A stretch of 64,000 bases of DNA, taken from the NCBI GenBank assembly GCA_004297395.1, contig SCUO01000100.1, positions 3,043-67,042 on the forward strand. The letters run 5' to 3'. A program made the position numbers and the translations under genes. The stretch is from Chloroflexota bacterium (GTDB lineage: Bacteria > Chloroflexota > Limnocylindria > Limnocylindrales > CSP1-4). The first letter of the stretch is position 1, and each line of letters starts with the position of its first letter. The notes beneath the pieces are model-generated. The model ran no database searches, had not been told where the DNA came from, and was given only the letters and a program-made list of their open reading frames with translations. Positions 25,797 to 33,989 of this stretch are shown in pieces.

Positions 25797-25824
25797 AAAA
25801 CTCGATTGCGAGACCGCAATCGAG
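25797..25824 (-). terminator. intrinsic-terminator-like hairpin (10-bp perfect stem, 4-nt loop, TTTT on the minus strand)
   Basis: Plus strand reads aaaa ctcgattgcg agac cgcaatcgag. On the minus strand the hairpin is followed by TTTT. It lies 175 nt upstream of the NEW3 gene start, and no minus-strand CDS lies upstream of it. Confidence 0.5.
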
Positions 25825-26096
25825 CCGGTCGGCTCCCACCAGGGGTCCAGAGGTCCGGTTGACAGGATCGCCGATCTGCCGCCATGCTGCTGTGGACAAC
25901 GAGATCCGCCGAGACGGCCGCAGGTCAGAGCATCGACCGAATCTACCAATCGGAATCGACTCGCTCCCGCGATCGCCGACCCTCGATACCGGATCAGCCC
26001 ATCGCCCGATACGCTCATCACGCGTCGTCGAGCACACGCGACCGCAGGCCAGGCCCATCACGCCCGGCGGTGCGGCCAGAAGGAATCACTCAGCTC

Positions 26097-26285
26097 ATGC
26101 TCTCGCGATCCCAGCACACGTTCACCGTTGGACGTGCCGCCTCCATGCGTCGCCTCCGACGGCGCGTCACCGGCTCCGGTCGGCTCTTCTGCAGCACCAA
26201 CGGCTGCGCCAGCTTCCTCGAGATCGACGTCGACCGCCACGAGGCGATCTGCCCGGTCTGCGGCTACCGGCGCCAGCTCAACTAG
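26097..26285 (+). CDS. small zinc-ribbon protein (62 aa), hypothetical
   Basis: In-frame ATG at 26097 in ORF 25884..26285, preceded by AGAAGGAA. Four cysteines: CSTNGC...CPVCGY. Basic N-terminus. Confidence 0.4.
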   Translation: MLSRSQHTFTVGRAASMRRLRRRVTGSGRLFCSTNGCASFLEIDVDRHEAICPVCGYRRQLN

Positions 26286-26662
26286 GCGCGCCGCGCTGCG
26301 CTCAGCCCGGGCCCGGACTGGCCCGCGTGACTGGACGCCTGGCATGGCACATCCCGCCCGGGCGCCTCGCCCTGAGCGTTTCCCCCGCGCGTTGCCGGAT
26401 GCCATCCCCGAGAGCGTGTGATCGGCCGGCCCACGCCCCCGACGGTACAGCCGACTGCAACAGCCCCTGGTGACGCCGATTCCCAGGACGATTCGGGTCC
26501 TCGGAACCCTCCTGACCGTTCGCCCCGAGGCCTCGGCCGGTCTAGCGCCATCCCGGCGGGCAAACGACATGGAGCGCACCCGGAAAGGCGCCCACGCGCC
26601 GCGTGGCGACGAGCCGCCCCGCGCCATCCGGGCGGGCAGGTGACGACAGGACTACCGCGGCC

Positions 26663-26710
26663 AACGCCCCCGCGGGCGAGTGACGGAACGCCCCCGCGGG
26701 CGAGTGACGG
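26663..26710. repeat. perfect 24-bp tandem duplication (aacgcccccgcgggcgagtgacgg x2)
   Basis: Read directly: 26663-26686 equals 26687-26710. It ends 72 nt upstream of the aminotransferase GTG. Confidence 0.8.
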
Positions 26711-26781
26711 CTGGGCCGGCCACACGCCCGTCCGGCGCAACCACGCCCTCCCGGCCTCGACGCATCGGCGATGATCGGCCC

Positions 26782-28149
26782 GTGAAATCGCTCGATCGCG
26801 CTCGCCTAGCCACGCTCATGGCCGTCGAGGAGCGGTCGTTCATCGACCGCCACCCCCGCGCCCTGGCCCTCCACGAACGCGCCACCCGTTCGTTGCTGGC
26901 CGGCGTCCCGATGAACTGGATGGTCCGCTGGGCCGGGGCATTCCCGCTCTACGTGGAGGCGGCCGAGGGCGCCCACTTCACCGACGTCGACGGCCACGAG
27001 TACATCGACTTCTGCCTCGGCGACACCGGGGCCATGGCCGGCCACGGGCCGGCGCCGACGATCGCGGCGGTCGAGCGCCAGCTCCGGCGCGGGATCACGA
27101 CGATGCTCCCGACCGAGGACGCGATCTGGGCCGGCGAGGAGCTTGGTCGCCGCTTCGGCCTGCCGCTGTGGCAGTTCACGATCACCGCCACCGACGCCAA
27201 CCGCTTCTCGCTGCGGCTGGCCCGACTCATCACCGGCCGGCCGCTCGTCGCGGTCCACGACCGGAACTACCACGGGACCGTCGACGAGACGTTCGCCTGG
27301 CTGACCGCGGACGGCCGGGTCGAGTCGCGCGAGGGCAACGTCGGACCCCAGGTGGATCCGGCGCTGACGACCCGGGTCGTGCCGTTCAACGACCTGCCGG
27401 CCCTCGAGCGGGCGCTGGGCGACCAGCAGGTCGCCGCCCTCCTCATCGAGCCTGCCCTCACGAACGTGGGCATCGTCCTGCCCGAGCCGGGCTACCTCGA
27501 GGGCGTCCGCGAGATCACCAGGCGCACCGGCACGATCCTCATCCACGACGAGACGCACACGATCTGCGCCGGCCCCGGCGGCGTGACCGGGGCGGGTGGC
27601 TACTCGCCGGACATGCTCGTCATCGGCAAGACGATCGGCGGCGGCATCCCGGCGGCGGCCTACGGCATGACGGCCGAGGTCGGGGCCCGGGTCATCGAGA
27701 TGAGCCCCGAGGAATCGGCCGACGTCGGCGGCATCGGCGGGACGCTCGCCGGCTACGCGCTGTCGCTGGCCGCGATCCGGGCGACCCTCGGCGAGGTCCT
27801 GACGGCGGAGGCCTTTGCCCGGATGATCCCCCTTGCCGAGCGCTGGGAGGCCGGGGCCAACGACGTCCTCACCCACCACGAGGTGCCCTGGCACGTCACC
27901 CGCCTCGGCGCCCGGGCCGAGTACCACTTCATGCCCACCCGGCCCCGGGACGGGATGGAGCAGTGGCGCCACGCTGACGCCGACCTGGAGCGATTCCTCC
28001 ACCTGTGGGCGATGAACCGGGGCGTCCTCATGACGCCCTTCCACAACATGGCCCTCATGTCGCCCGCCACGACCACGGCCGATGTGGACCGCCACACCGA
28101 GGTCTTCGAGGCGGCGGTTCAGGCGCTGTTCGCGGGGTCCGCGGAATGA
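26782..28149 (+). CDS. class III (PLP) aminotransferase, glutamate-1-semialdehyde aminomutase-like
   Basis: In-frame GTG at 26782. Motifs: DGHEYIDFCLGDTGAMAGH...LIHDETHT...VIGKTIGGGIP (PLP-lysine context). Confidence 0.85.
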   Translation: MKSLDRARLATLMAVEERSFIDRHPRALALHERATRSLLAGVPMNWMVRWAGAFPLYVEAAEGAHFTDVDGHEYIDFCLGDTGAMAGHGPAPTIAAVERQLRRGITTMLPTEDAIWAGEELGRRFGLPLWQFTITATDANRFSLRLARLITGRPLVAVHDRNYHGTVDETFAWLTADGRVESREGNVGPQVDPALTTRVVPFNDLPALERALGDQQVAALLIEPALTNVGIVLPEPGYLEGVREITRRTGTILIHDETHTICAGPGGVTGAGGYSPDMLVIGKTIGGGIPAAAYGMTAEVGARVIEMSPEESADVGGIGGTLAGYALSLAAIRATLGEVLTAEAFARMIPLAERWEAGANDVLTHHEVPWHVTRLGARAEYHFMPTRPRDGMEQWRHADADLERFLHLWAMNRGVLMTPFHNMALMSPATTTADVDRHTEVFEAAVQALFAGSAE

Positions 28150-28550
28150 AGCTCCTGAGGTTCCGGCGAACGCCGGACCCGGACCTGTCCACGCCCCTGC
28201 ATCCCGACGATCCACCGTTCGAATACCGGCGCGAGGATCGCTACCACGACATCGTCTCGAACGACGTGTACGCCCGAACGAGGACGGGCAAGAAGTGGCA
28301 CCGCATCCATCACGTCGGGTACTCGTTCGTCGACCACGCCAACGCCCGGCTCAGGAGCTACGGGCGGAGCTATGCCTTCGTATGCGGCGGCGCGGCTTCC
28401 GAGTTCGAGCCGAACGAGGCATGGGAGTTCTCGCCGACGCCGATCCGGACGGACGCTCCACCGAGTGCCGATCTCTGCCGCGCGTGCCGGCTGTCAGACG
28501 AGACGCACGGCAAGGGCACGACCCCGAACGTCTACCGCTGGGATCGCTGA
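28146..28550 (+). CDS. hypothetical protein (134 aa), translationally coupled to the aminotransferase
   Basis: The ATG at 28146 overlaps the aminotransferase TGA (ATGA). I recognise no motif. Composition is coding-like: KKWHRIHHVGYSFVDHANARL...CRACRLSDETHG. Confidence 0.6.
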   Translation: MKLLRFRRTPDPDLSTPLHPDDPPFEYRREDRYHDIVSNDVYARTRTGKKWHRIHHVGYSFVDHANARLRSYGRSYAFVCGGAASEFEPNEAWEFSPTPIRTDAPPSADLCRACRLSDETHGKGTTPNVYRWDR

Positions 28551-28560
28551 GCGCCGGGGA

Positions 28561-29022
28561 TCACGCCGGGCCGTTGTCCCCATGCAGGCGATCGAGCGCC
28601 GCGAGCTCGGCCTCGAGGTCCAGCTGCCGCCGATGCTGGCGTTCGGTCGGCGCCTCCAGGTTGACCCGCAGGATCGTTGCATTCGCCGCGCGGACGATCT
28701 CGCTCAGCTCGTCGCGGTCCCGCTTCCGCCCGATGGCCGACGACCGCGGCGCCCGCTCCAGGACCGCGTCACGGCGCGCCAGCAGCGCCCGGACCTCCTT
28801 GTCGGCCTCGATCCAGGGTGGCGCGAAGTTCGCGTTCTTGAGCACCCGGTAGGCGAGGGCCCACTCGCCCGCGGCGGAATCGTCGACCAGCGGCAGGCGC
28901 TCGCCCTGGTGGGGCAGGTCGTCGAAGGCGCCGGCCTTCTGGGCCTCCCGAATCTGCCTGTCGATGAGGCTCTCCCGGGACGGCGCCAACGGATTGCGGA
29001 GATCGGGGCGCTCCTCCGCCAT
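28561..29022 (-). CDS. DUF1992 (DnaJ-homology subfamily) protein
   Basis: In-frame ATG at 29022. Motifs: LIDRQIREAQKAGAFDDLPHQGERLPL...WALAYRVLKNANFAPPWIE. Confidence 0.8.
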   Translation of the reverse strand: MAEERPDLRNPLAPSRESLIDRQIREAQKAGAFDDLPHQGERLPLVDDSAAGEWALAYRVLKNANFAPPWIEADKEVRALLARRDAVLERAPRSSAIGRKRDRDELSEIVRAANATILRVNLEAPTERQHRRQLDLEAELAALDRLHGDNGPA

Positions 29023-29131
29023 GACCGCGCCATCGTAGCGGGAGCGTCGACGACGGTGAACCTGCCGCCGAACCGGCGGACATCGGTCGTGCCAGGCAAC
29101 GTGGCATGGACCCCGGCTAGAGTGGGCCCCA

Positions 29132-32100
29132 GTGCAGCGACATGAGGACGGGACGCTCGTCGTCTCGGCCACGGATCTCGTCGGCTTCCTTGAGTGCGAC
29201 CACCTGGTCAGCCTCGAGCTGGCGCGCGCCCGCGGCGAGGTCGAGCGGCCGTTCCACGCCGATCCCCAGCTGGACCTCCTGCGGAAGCGGGGCTACCAGC
29301 ACGAGCAGGCGGAGATCGCGCGCCTGACGGCCGCGGGCCGGACGGTCGTGGAGATGACCCGCCGCGACCCGAAGACGCCCGCCGAGCTGCGCGAGGCCGA
29401 GGCCGAGACGGTCGCCGCGATGCGAGCCGGCACGGACGTCATCTTCCAGGCGACGGTCTTCGACGGCCGCTGGCGCGGCCACCCGGACTTCCTCATCCGG
29501 CGCGACGATCGCCCATCCGAGCTTGGGCCCTGGAGCTACGACGTCGCGGACACCAAGCTCGCAAGCCACGTCAAGGCCGCGGCCCTCCTCCAGATGTGCG
29601 TCTACGCCGACCGGCTCCACCAGCTCCAGGGCGTGGCCCCGGAGACGCTCTCGGTCGTGACCGGCGACGCGACCTCGCATCCCTACCGCTATGACGACTA
29701 CGCCGCCTACCATCGCGCCGCCAAGGCCCGCTTCGAGGCCCGGATCTTCGGGCCGGCCGCGGGGGCGCCCGGCAGCGACGCGGCGAAGACGCCGGCGACC
29801 TACCCCGAGCCCGTGGCCCACTGCGACATCTGCCCGTGGTGGACGATGTGCATGGATCGGCGGCGGGCGGATGACCACCTCTCGATCGTTGCCGGCGCCA
29901 CGAAGGTCCAGCGTCGCAGGCTCGTCGACGGCGGCGTCCCCACCGGCACTGCGCTGGCGACGCTCGATGCCGGCCACGCGGTACCGAAGGTGGCCCCGCG
30001 GATCCTGGACCGGCTGCGCCGCCAGGCAGCCCTCCAGCTCGAGCAACGCCGGACCGGGATCCATCGCTTCGAGCTCATCGCGCCGGACCCGGACAACCCC
30101 GGGCTGGGCCTGGCCGCGCTGCCCGAGCCCTCGGCCCTGGACGTGTTCTTCGACCTCGAGGCGGATCCGCTGGCGATGGACGGCGGCCTCGAGTACCTCT
30201 TCGGCTGGACCGAGGCCGGGCCGGGCGGCGAGCCCATCTATCACGAGACGTGGGCCCATGACCGGGCGGCCGAGAAGGCCGCCCTCGAGGCGTTCATCGA
30301 CCTCGTCATGGAGCGGCGCGCCCGCGATCCCGGGATGCACGTCTACCACTACGGTGGCTACGAATCGGGGGCCCTCAAGCGCCTCATGCAGCGGCACGCC
30401 ACGCGCGAGGACGAGATCGACGTCCTGCTCCGGGCCGGTGTCCTCGTCAACCTCTACGACCACGTCGTCCGCCAGGCGATCCTGGCCAGCGTCGAGAGCT
30501 ACTCGATCAAGCGCCTCGAGGTCTTCTACCTGCCCCAGCGCGAGGGCGGGATCACGAACGCCGGCTTCTCGATCGTTGAGTACGAACGCTGGATCGAGGC
30601 GCGGCGACCCGACATCCTCGAGGCCATCGCGGCCTACAACCGCGACGACTGCATCTCCAACCTGGAGCTGCGCGACTGGCTCGAGGAGCGACGTGTCCAG
30701 GCGCTCGCCGAGCACCCCGACTGGTACCCGGACGGCGTCGTCCCCCGACCCGGCCTGAAGGACGGCGAGCCGCCGAAGGACCTGGCGGAAGCCCAGGCGC
30801 TGACGCGCGAGCGCGAGGACCGGCTGCGGGCGGGCCTGCCGGCCGGCCGCGAGGACCGGAGCGAGGCCGAGCAGGCGCGCTGGCTGCTCGCCGCGCTGCT
30901 CGACTGGAACCGGCGCGAGGCGAAGCCCCAGTGGTGGGACCAGTTCCGCCTCCGCCGGGCCGACCTCGACGAGCTCATCGCCGATGCGTCCGCGCTCGGC
31001 GGCCTCACCTTCCTGGAGGAGCTGGGACCGCTCAAGCAGTCTGTCCTCCGGCGCTATCGCTTCGATCCGGACCAGGACACCAAGATCGATGTCGGCCGGA
31101 GCGTCCACGCCCTCGGCCCGGATCCCGACGAGGAACCCTTCGGGGCCGAGGTCATCGACCTCGACCCGATCGCCGGGACGGTGGACATCAAGGTCGGCCG
31201 GGCCGCGCCGCACCCGCGGGCCCTCATCCCCACCGGCCCGGTCCGTACGGACGCCCAGTGGCGCGCCCTCGGCCGGCTCGCGGACCACGTGATCGAGCAC
31301 GGCATCGAGGGACCGGGGCGTCTCCGCGCCGCCCGCGACCTGCTCCTTCGGGTCCCGCCCCGGATCAAAGGCGTCGATGGCGGCTCGGTGTTCCTGCCGG
31401 ACGGCGCCGACGCGCTCGCGACCGCCCGCCGCTTCGCCGTGGCCCTCGACGAGACCGTCCTGCCGATCCAGGGCCCGCCGGGAACAGGCAAGACCTACAC
31501 CGCGGCGCGGATGATCCTCGACCTCGTGGCCCGCGGCCGGAAGGTCGGGCTGACCGCCCAGTCGCACCGGGTCATCGGCAACGCCCTCGAGAAGATCGTG
31601 GAGGCGGCTGCAGAGGAGGGCGCCCAGCTCCGGATCGCCCAGAAGGCCGGCACGGACGACCTCGCCGCGCTGGCCGAGGGCATCGTTCGGGTCACCACGA
31701 ACGAGGCCGTCGCCGACGGCCTGCGGGCCGGCACGTTCGACGTCGTCGGCGGGACCGCCTGGCTGTGGGCCCGCGAGGAGCTCGCCGGCGCGGTCGATGT
31801 CCTGTTCGTCGACGAGGCCGGCCAGTTCTCGCTGGCCAACGCCCTCGCGGTCGCCGGGGCGGGCGCGTCGCTGGTGCTGCTCGGCGATCCCAACCAGCTG
31901 CCGCAGGTCTCCAACGGCACGCATCCCGAGGGGGCGGAGGCCTCGGCCCTGGAGCACCTCGTCGGCGACGCCCGGACGATCGCCCCGGACCGGGGGCTGC
32001 TCCTCGGGACGACGTATCGCCTGCATCCGGACATCAACGACTTCGTCTCGCCGGCCTTCTACGACGGCCGCCTGGACACGGACGCGGCGAACGCCCGCCA

Positions 32101-32689
32101 GGCGCTGGCTCCAGGCCGGCTCGTCGGCGGGACGGGCGTGCGCCACGTCCGGATCGACCACCTCGGGGCCGGCAACCGGTCGCGAGAGGAGGCCGCCTGG
32201 GTGGTCGAGGCGATCGAGGCCCTCGTCGACCGGCCGTGGGTCGACCGCCACGGCCGGGATCGGCGCCTGGCGATCGACGACGTCCTCGTCGTCGCCCCGT
32301 ACAACGCCCAGGTCGCCGAGATCGGCCGGCGCGGCGAGGCCCGCCTGGGCGCCAGGCCGAACGTCGGGACGGTCGACAAGTTCCAGGGCCGGGAGGCGCC
32401 GGTGGCGATCTATTCGATGACCACCTCGACCCCCGAGGACGCGCCCCGCGACATCGAGTTCCTGTACTCCGCCAACCGCTTCAACGTGGCGGTCTCGAGG
32501 GCACGGGGCCTGGCGGTGCTCGTCGCCAACCCGGCGCTGCTTCGGGTCGCCTGCTGGACGCCCGAGCAGATGCGGCTCCTCAACATCCTGTGCCGCTTCG
32601 TCGAGATCGCCACGCCCATCGACCTCGAAGGCCGGCCCGTCGCCCTGCGTGGCGTGGAGCGGTACGAGCCGCTGAACCTCGGCCTCTGA
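29132..32689 (+). CDS. TM0106-type RecB-like nuclease fused to an RNase-H-like exonuclease module and an SF1 (DNA2/Upf1-like) helicase
   Basis: - PD-(D/E)XK motif YDVADTKL, plus four cysteines (FLECDH ... CDICPWWTMC, i.e. C-x2-C-x5-C).
- DEDD-like FFDLEADP...YLFGW...HYGGYE.
- Helicase motifs GPPGTGKT, FVDEAGQ, GDPNQLP, VDKFQGRE, VAVSRAR. Confidence 0.9.
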   Translation: MQRHEDGTLVVSATDLVGFLECDHLVSLELARARGEVERPFHADPQLDLLRKRGYQHEQAEIARLTAAGRTVVEMTRRDPKTPAELREAEAETVAAMRAGTDVIFQATVFDGRWRGHPDFLIRRDDRPSELGPWSYDVADTKLASHVKAAALLQMCVYADRLHQLQGVAPETLSVVTGDATSHPYRYDDYAAYHRAAKARFEARIFGPAAGAPGSDAAKTPATYPEPVAHCDICPWWTMCMDRRRADDHLSIVAGATKVQRRRLVDGGVPTGTALATLDAGHAVPKVAPRILDRLRRQAALQLEQRRTGIHRFELIAPDPDNPGLGLAALPEPSALDVFFDLEADPLAMDGGLEYLFGWTEAGPGGEPIYHETWAHDRAAEKAALEAFIDLVMERRARDPGMHVYHYGGYESGALKRLMQRHATREDEIDVLLRAGVLVNLYDHVVRQAILASVESYSIKRLEVFYLPQREGGITNAGFSIVEYERWIEARRPDILEAIAAYNRDDCISNLELRDWLEERRVQALAEHPDWYPDGVVPRPGLKDGEPPKDLAEAQALTREREDRLRAGLPAGREDRSEAEQARWLLAALLDWNRREAKPQWWDQFRLRRADLDELIADASALGGLTFLEELGPLKQSVLRRYRFDPDQDTKIDVGRSVHALGPDPDEEPFGAEVIDLDPIAGTVDIKVGRAAPHPRALIPTGPVRTDAQWRALGRLADHVIEHGIEGPGRLRAARDLLLRVPPRIKGVDGGSVFLPDGADALATARRFAVALDETVLPIQGPPGTGKTYTAARMILDLVARGRKVGLTAQSHRVIGNALEKIVEAAAEEGAQLRIAQKAGTDDLAALAEGIVRVTTNEAVADGLRAGTFDVVGGTAWLWAREELAGAVDVLFVDEAGQFSLANALAVAGAGASLVLLGDPNQLPQVSNGTHPEGAEASALEHLVGDARTIAPDRGLLLGTTYRLHPDINDFVSPAFYDGRLDTDAANARQALAPGRLVGGTGVRHVRIDHLGAGNRSREEAAWVVEAIEALVDRPWVDRHGRDRRLAIDDVLVVAPYNAQVAEIGRRGEARLGARPNVGTVDKFQGREAPVAIYSMTTSTPEDAPRDIEFLYSANRFNVAVSRARGLAVLVANPALLRVACWTPEQMRLLNILCRFVEIATPIDLEGRPVALRGVERYEPLNLGL

Positions 32690-32708
32690 GCCGGGTATCG
32701 TTCCGCGG

Positions 32709-33986
32709 ATGCCCGAGCTCTCCCCCGTCGCCCTGCGGGCCGCCCGCCGCCGTGCCCGCCTGAGCCTCGTTGCGGGCGTCGCCCTCGGAAGCACCGGCCA
32801 CATCGCCGCGGTCACGGTCGCCACGATCGTGGCCAAGGACATGCTCGGCTCGGCGACGCTGGCCGGGGCGCCCGGCGCGACGGTCGTCGGCGGGGCGGCG
32901 ATCGGCTCGGTCGTGCTGTCGGCGCTCATGGCCCGGCGCGGTCGCCGGACCGGCCTCGTCGCGGGCTACGCGATCGGCGTCGGCGGCGCGCTCGTCGCCA
33001 CGGCGTCCGTGCTCCTTGCCTCGTTCCCGCTGCTGCTGCTGGGCACGCTCTTCATCGGTTTCGGCAACACGTCGAACCAGCTCTCGCGCTACACCGCCGC
33101 CGACCTCGTGCCGGCCGACCGGCGGGCCTCCGCCATCGGGACCGTGGTCTGGGGAGCCACCGTCGGCTCCGTCGCGGGGCCCTGGCTCGTGCCGATCTCG
33201 AGCGACCTCGCCGCGGCCGTGGGGCTGGCCCCGCTCGCCGGCCCGTACCTCGTCCCGGTCGCATTCGTCACGATCGCGGCGGTCCTGTCGTTCGTCCTGC
33301 TTCGCCCCGACCCCTACGACATCGCCGATGAATCGGCGCCGCGGGCCCGCGAGGCCGAGCCGGTCGGCGGGGCGCTCACGCTCCGGGCGACCCTCCTGCG
33401 GCCCGGGGTGATGGTCTCGATCGTGGCCCTCATCGCGGGCCAGTTCGTGATGGTCCTGATCATGACCATGACGCCGCTCCACATGACCCAGCACGGCCAC
33501 AACCTCGGGGCGGTCGGCGCGGTCCTGTCGGCCCACACGCTCGGCATGTTCGCCCTGTCGCCCCTCTCGGGCCGCCTGACCGAGCGCCTCGGCGCGGTCC
33601 GCACGATCGTCCTCGGGACCGTCGTCCTGGGCGGCTCATCCGTCATGGCCGCCGCCGCTCCCCCGACTGGCGGCGACCTCCTCCTGGTGGCCCTGTTCCT
33701 GCTCGGCCTGGGCTGGAACCTGGGCTTCGTGGCCGGCAGCACGCTGCTGTCCGAGCAGCTCGAGATCCACGAGCGGACCCGCGTCCAGGGCGTGGCCGAC
33801 GCCCTCATCTGGAGCAGCGCCGCGGCGGCGAGCCTCGGTTCCGGGGTCATCATGGCGATCACCGGATACGCCGCCCTCGGCGTCCTTGGCGCCGGCTGCG
33901 TGGTCATCCCGATCGTCGCCCTGCGCGCGAACGCCGCGGCCCTCCGGGACCGCCGCCGGGCGGACGGAGCCGCAGACGGGGGCTGA
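32709..33986 (+). CDS. MFS transporter
   Basis: 425 aa with about 12 TM segments. MARRGRRTGLV loop and ADLVPADRRASAIG motif. Confidence 0.85.
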   Translation: MPELSPVALRAARRRARLSLVAGVALGSTGHIAAVTVATIVAKDMLGSATLAGAPGATVVGGAAIGSVVLSALMARRGRRTGLVAGYAIGVGGALVATASVLLASFPLLLLGTLFIGFGNTSNQLSRYTAADLVPADRRASAIGTVVWGATVGSVAGPWLVPISSDLAAAVGLAPLAGPYLVPVAFVTIAAVLSFVLLRPDPYDIADESAPRAREAEPVGGALTLRATLLRPGVMVSIVALIAGQFVMVLIMTMTPLHMTQHGHNLGAVGAVLSAHTLGMFALSPLSGRLTERLGAVRTIVLGTVVLGGSSVMAAAAPPTGGDLLLVALFLLGLGWNLGFVAGSTLLSEQLEIHERTRVQGVADALIWSSAAAASLGSGVIMAITGYAALGVLGAGCVVIPIVALRANAAALRDRRRADGAADGG

Positions 33987-33989
33987 GGC

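Noticed and set aside
25884-26096. The long 133-aa version of the zinc-ribbon ORF
   Set aside because: The N-terminal 71 aa are Ser/Arg/Pro-rich with no Shine-Dalgarno sequence. The internal ATG at 26097 has one.
26418-26774. 118-aa ORF containing a repeated PPRASDG peptide
   Set aside because: The peptide repeat is simply the translation of the 24-bp DNA tandem duplication. The composition is not protein-like and no start signals are present.
26286-26781. Assignment of the aminotransferase leader to a known riboswitch class (guanidine, ZTP, glycine, TPP, cobalamin)
   Set aside because: I compared it by eye with the conserved cores I remember and found no convincing match. It is left as an unclassified structured or repeat region.
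29117-32929. 1270-aa minus-strand ORF antisense to the nuclease-helicase gene
   Set aside because: Same shadow-ORF pattern (low-complexity R/G/D/P/A). The plus frame has Walker and helicase motifs.
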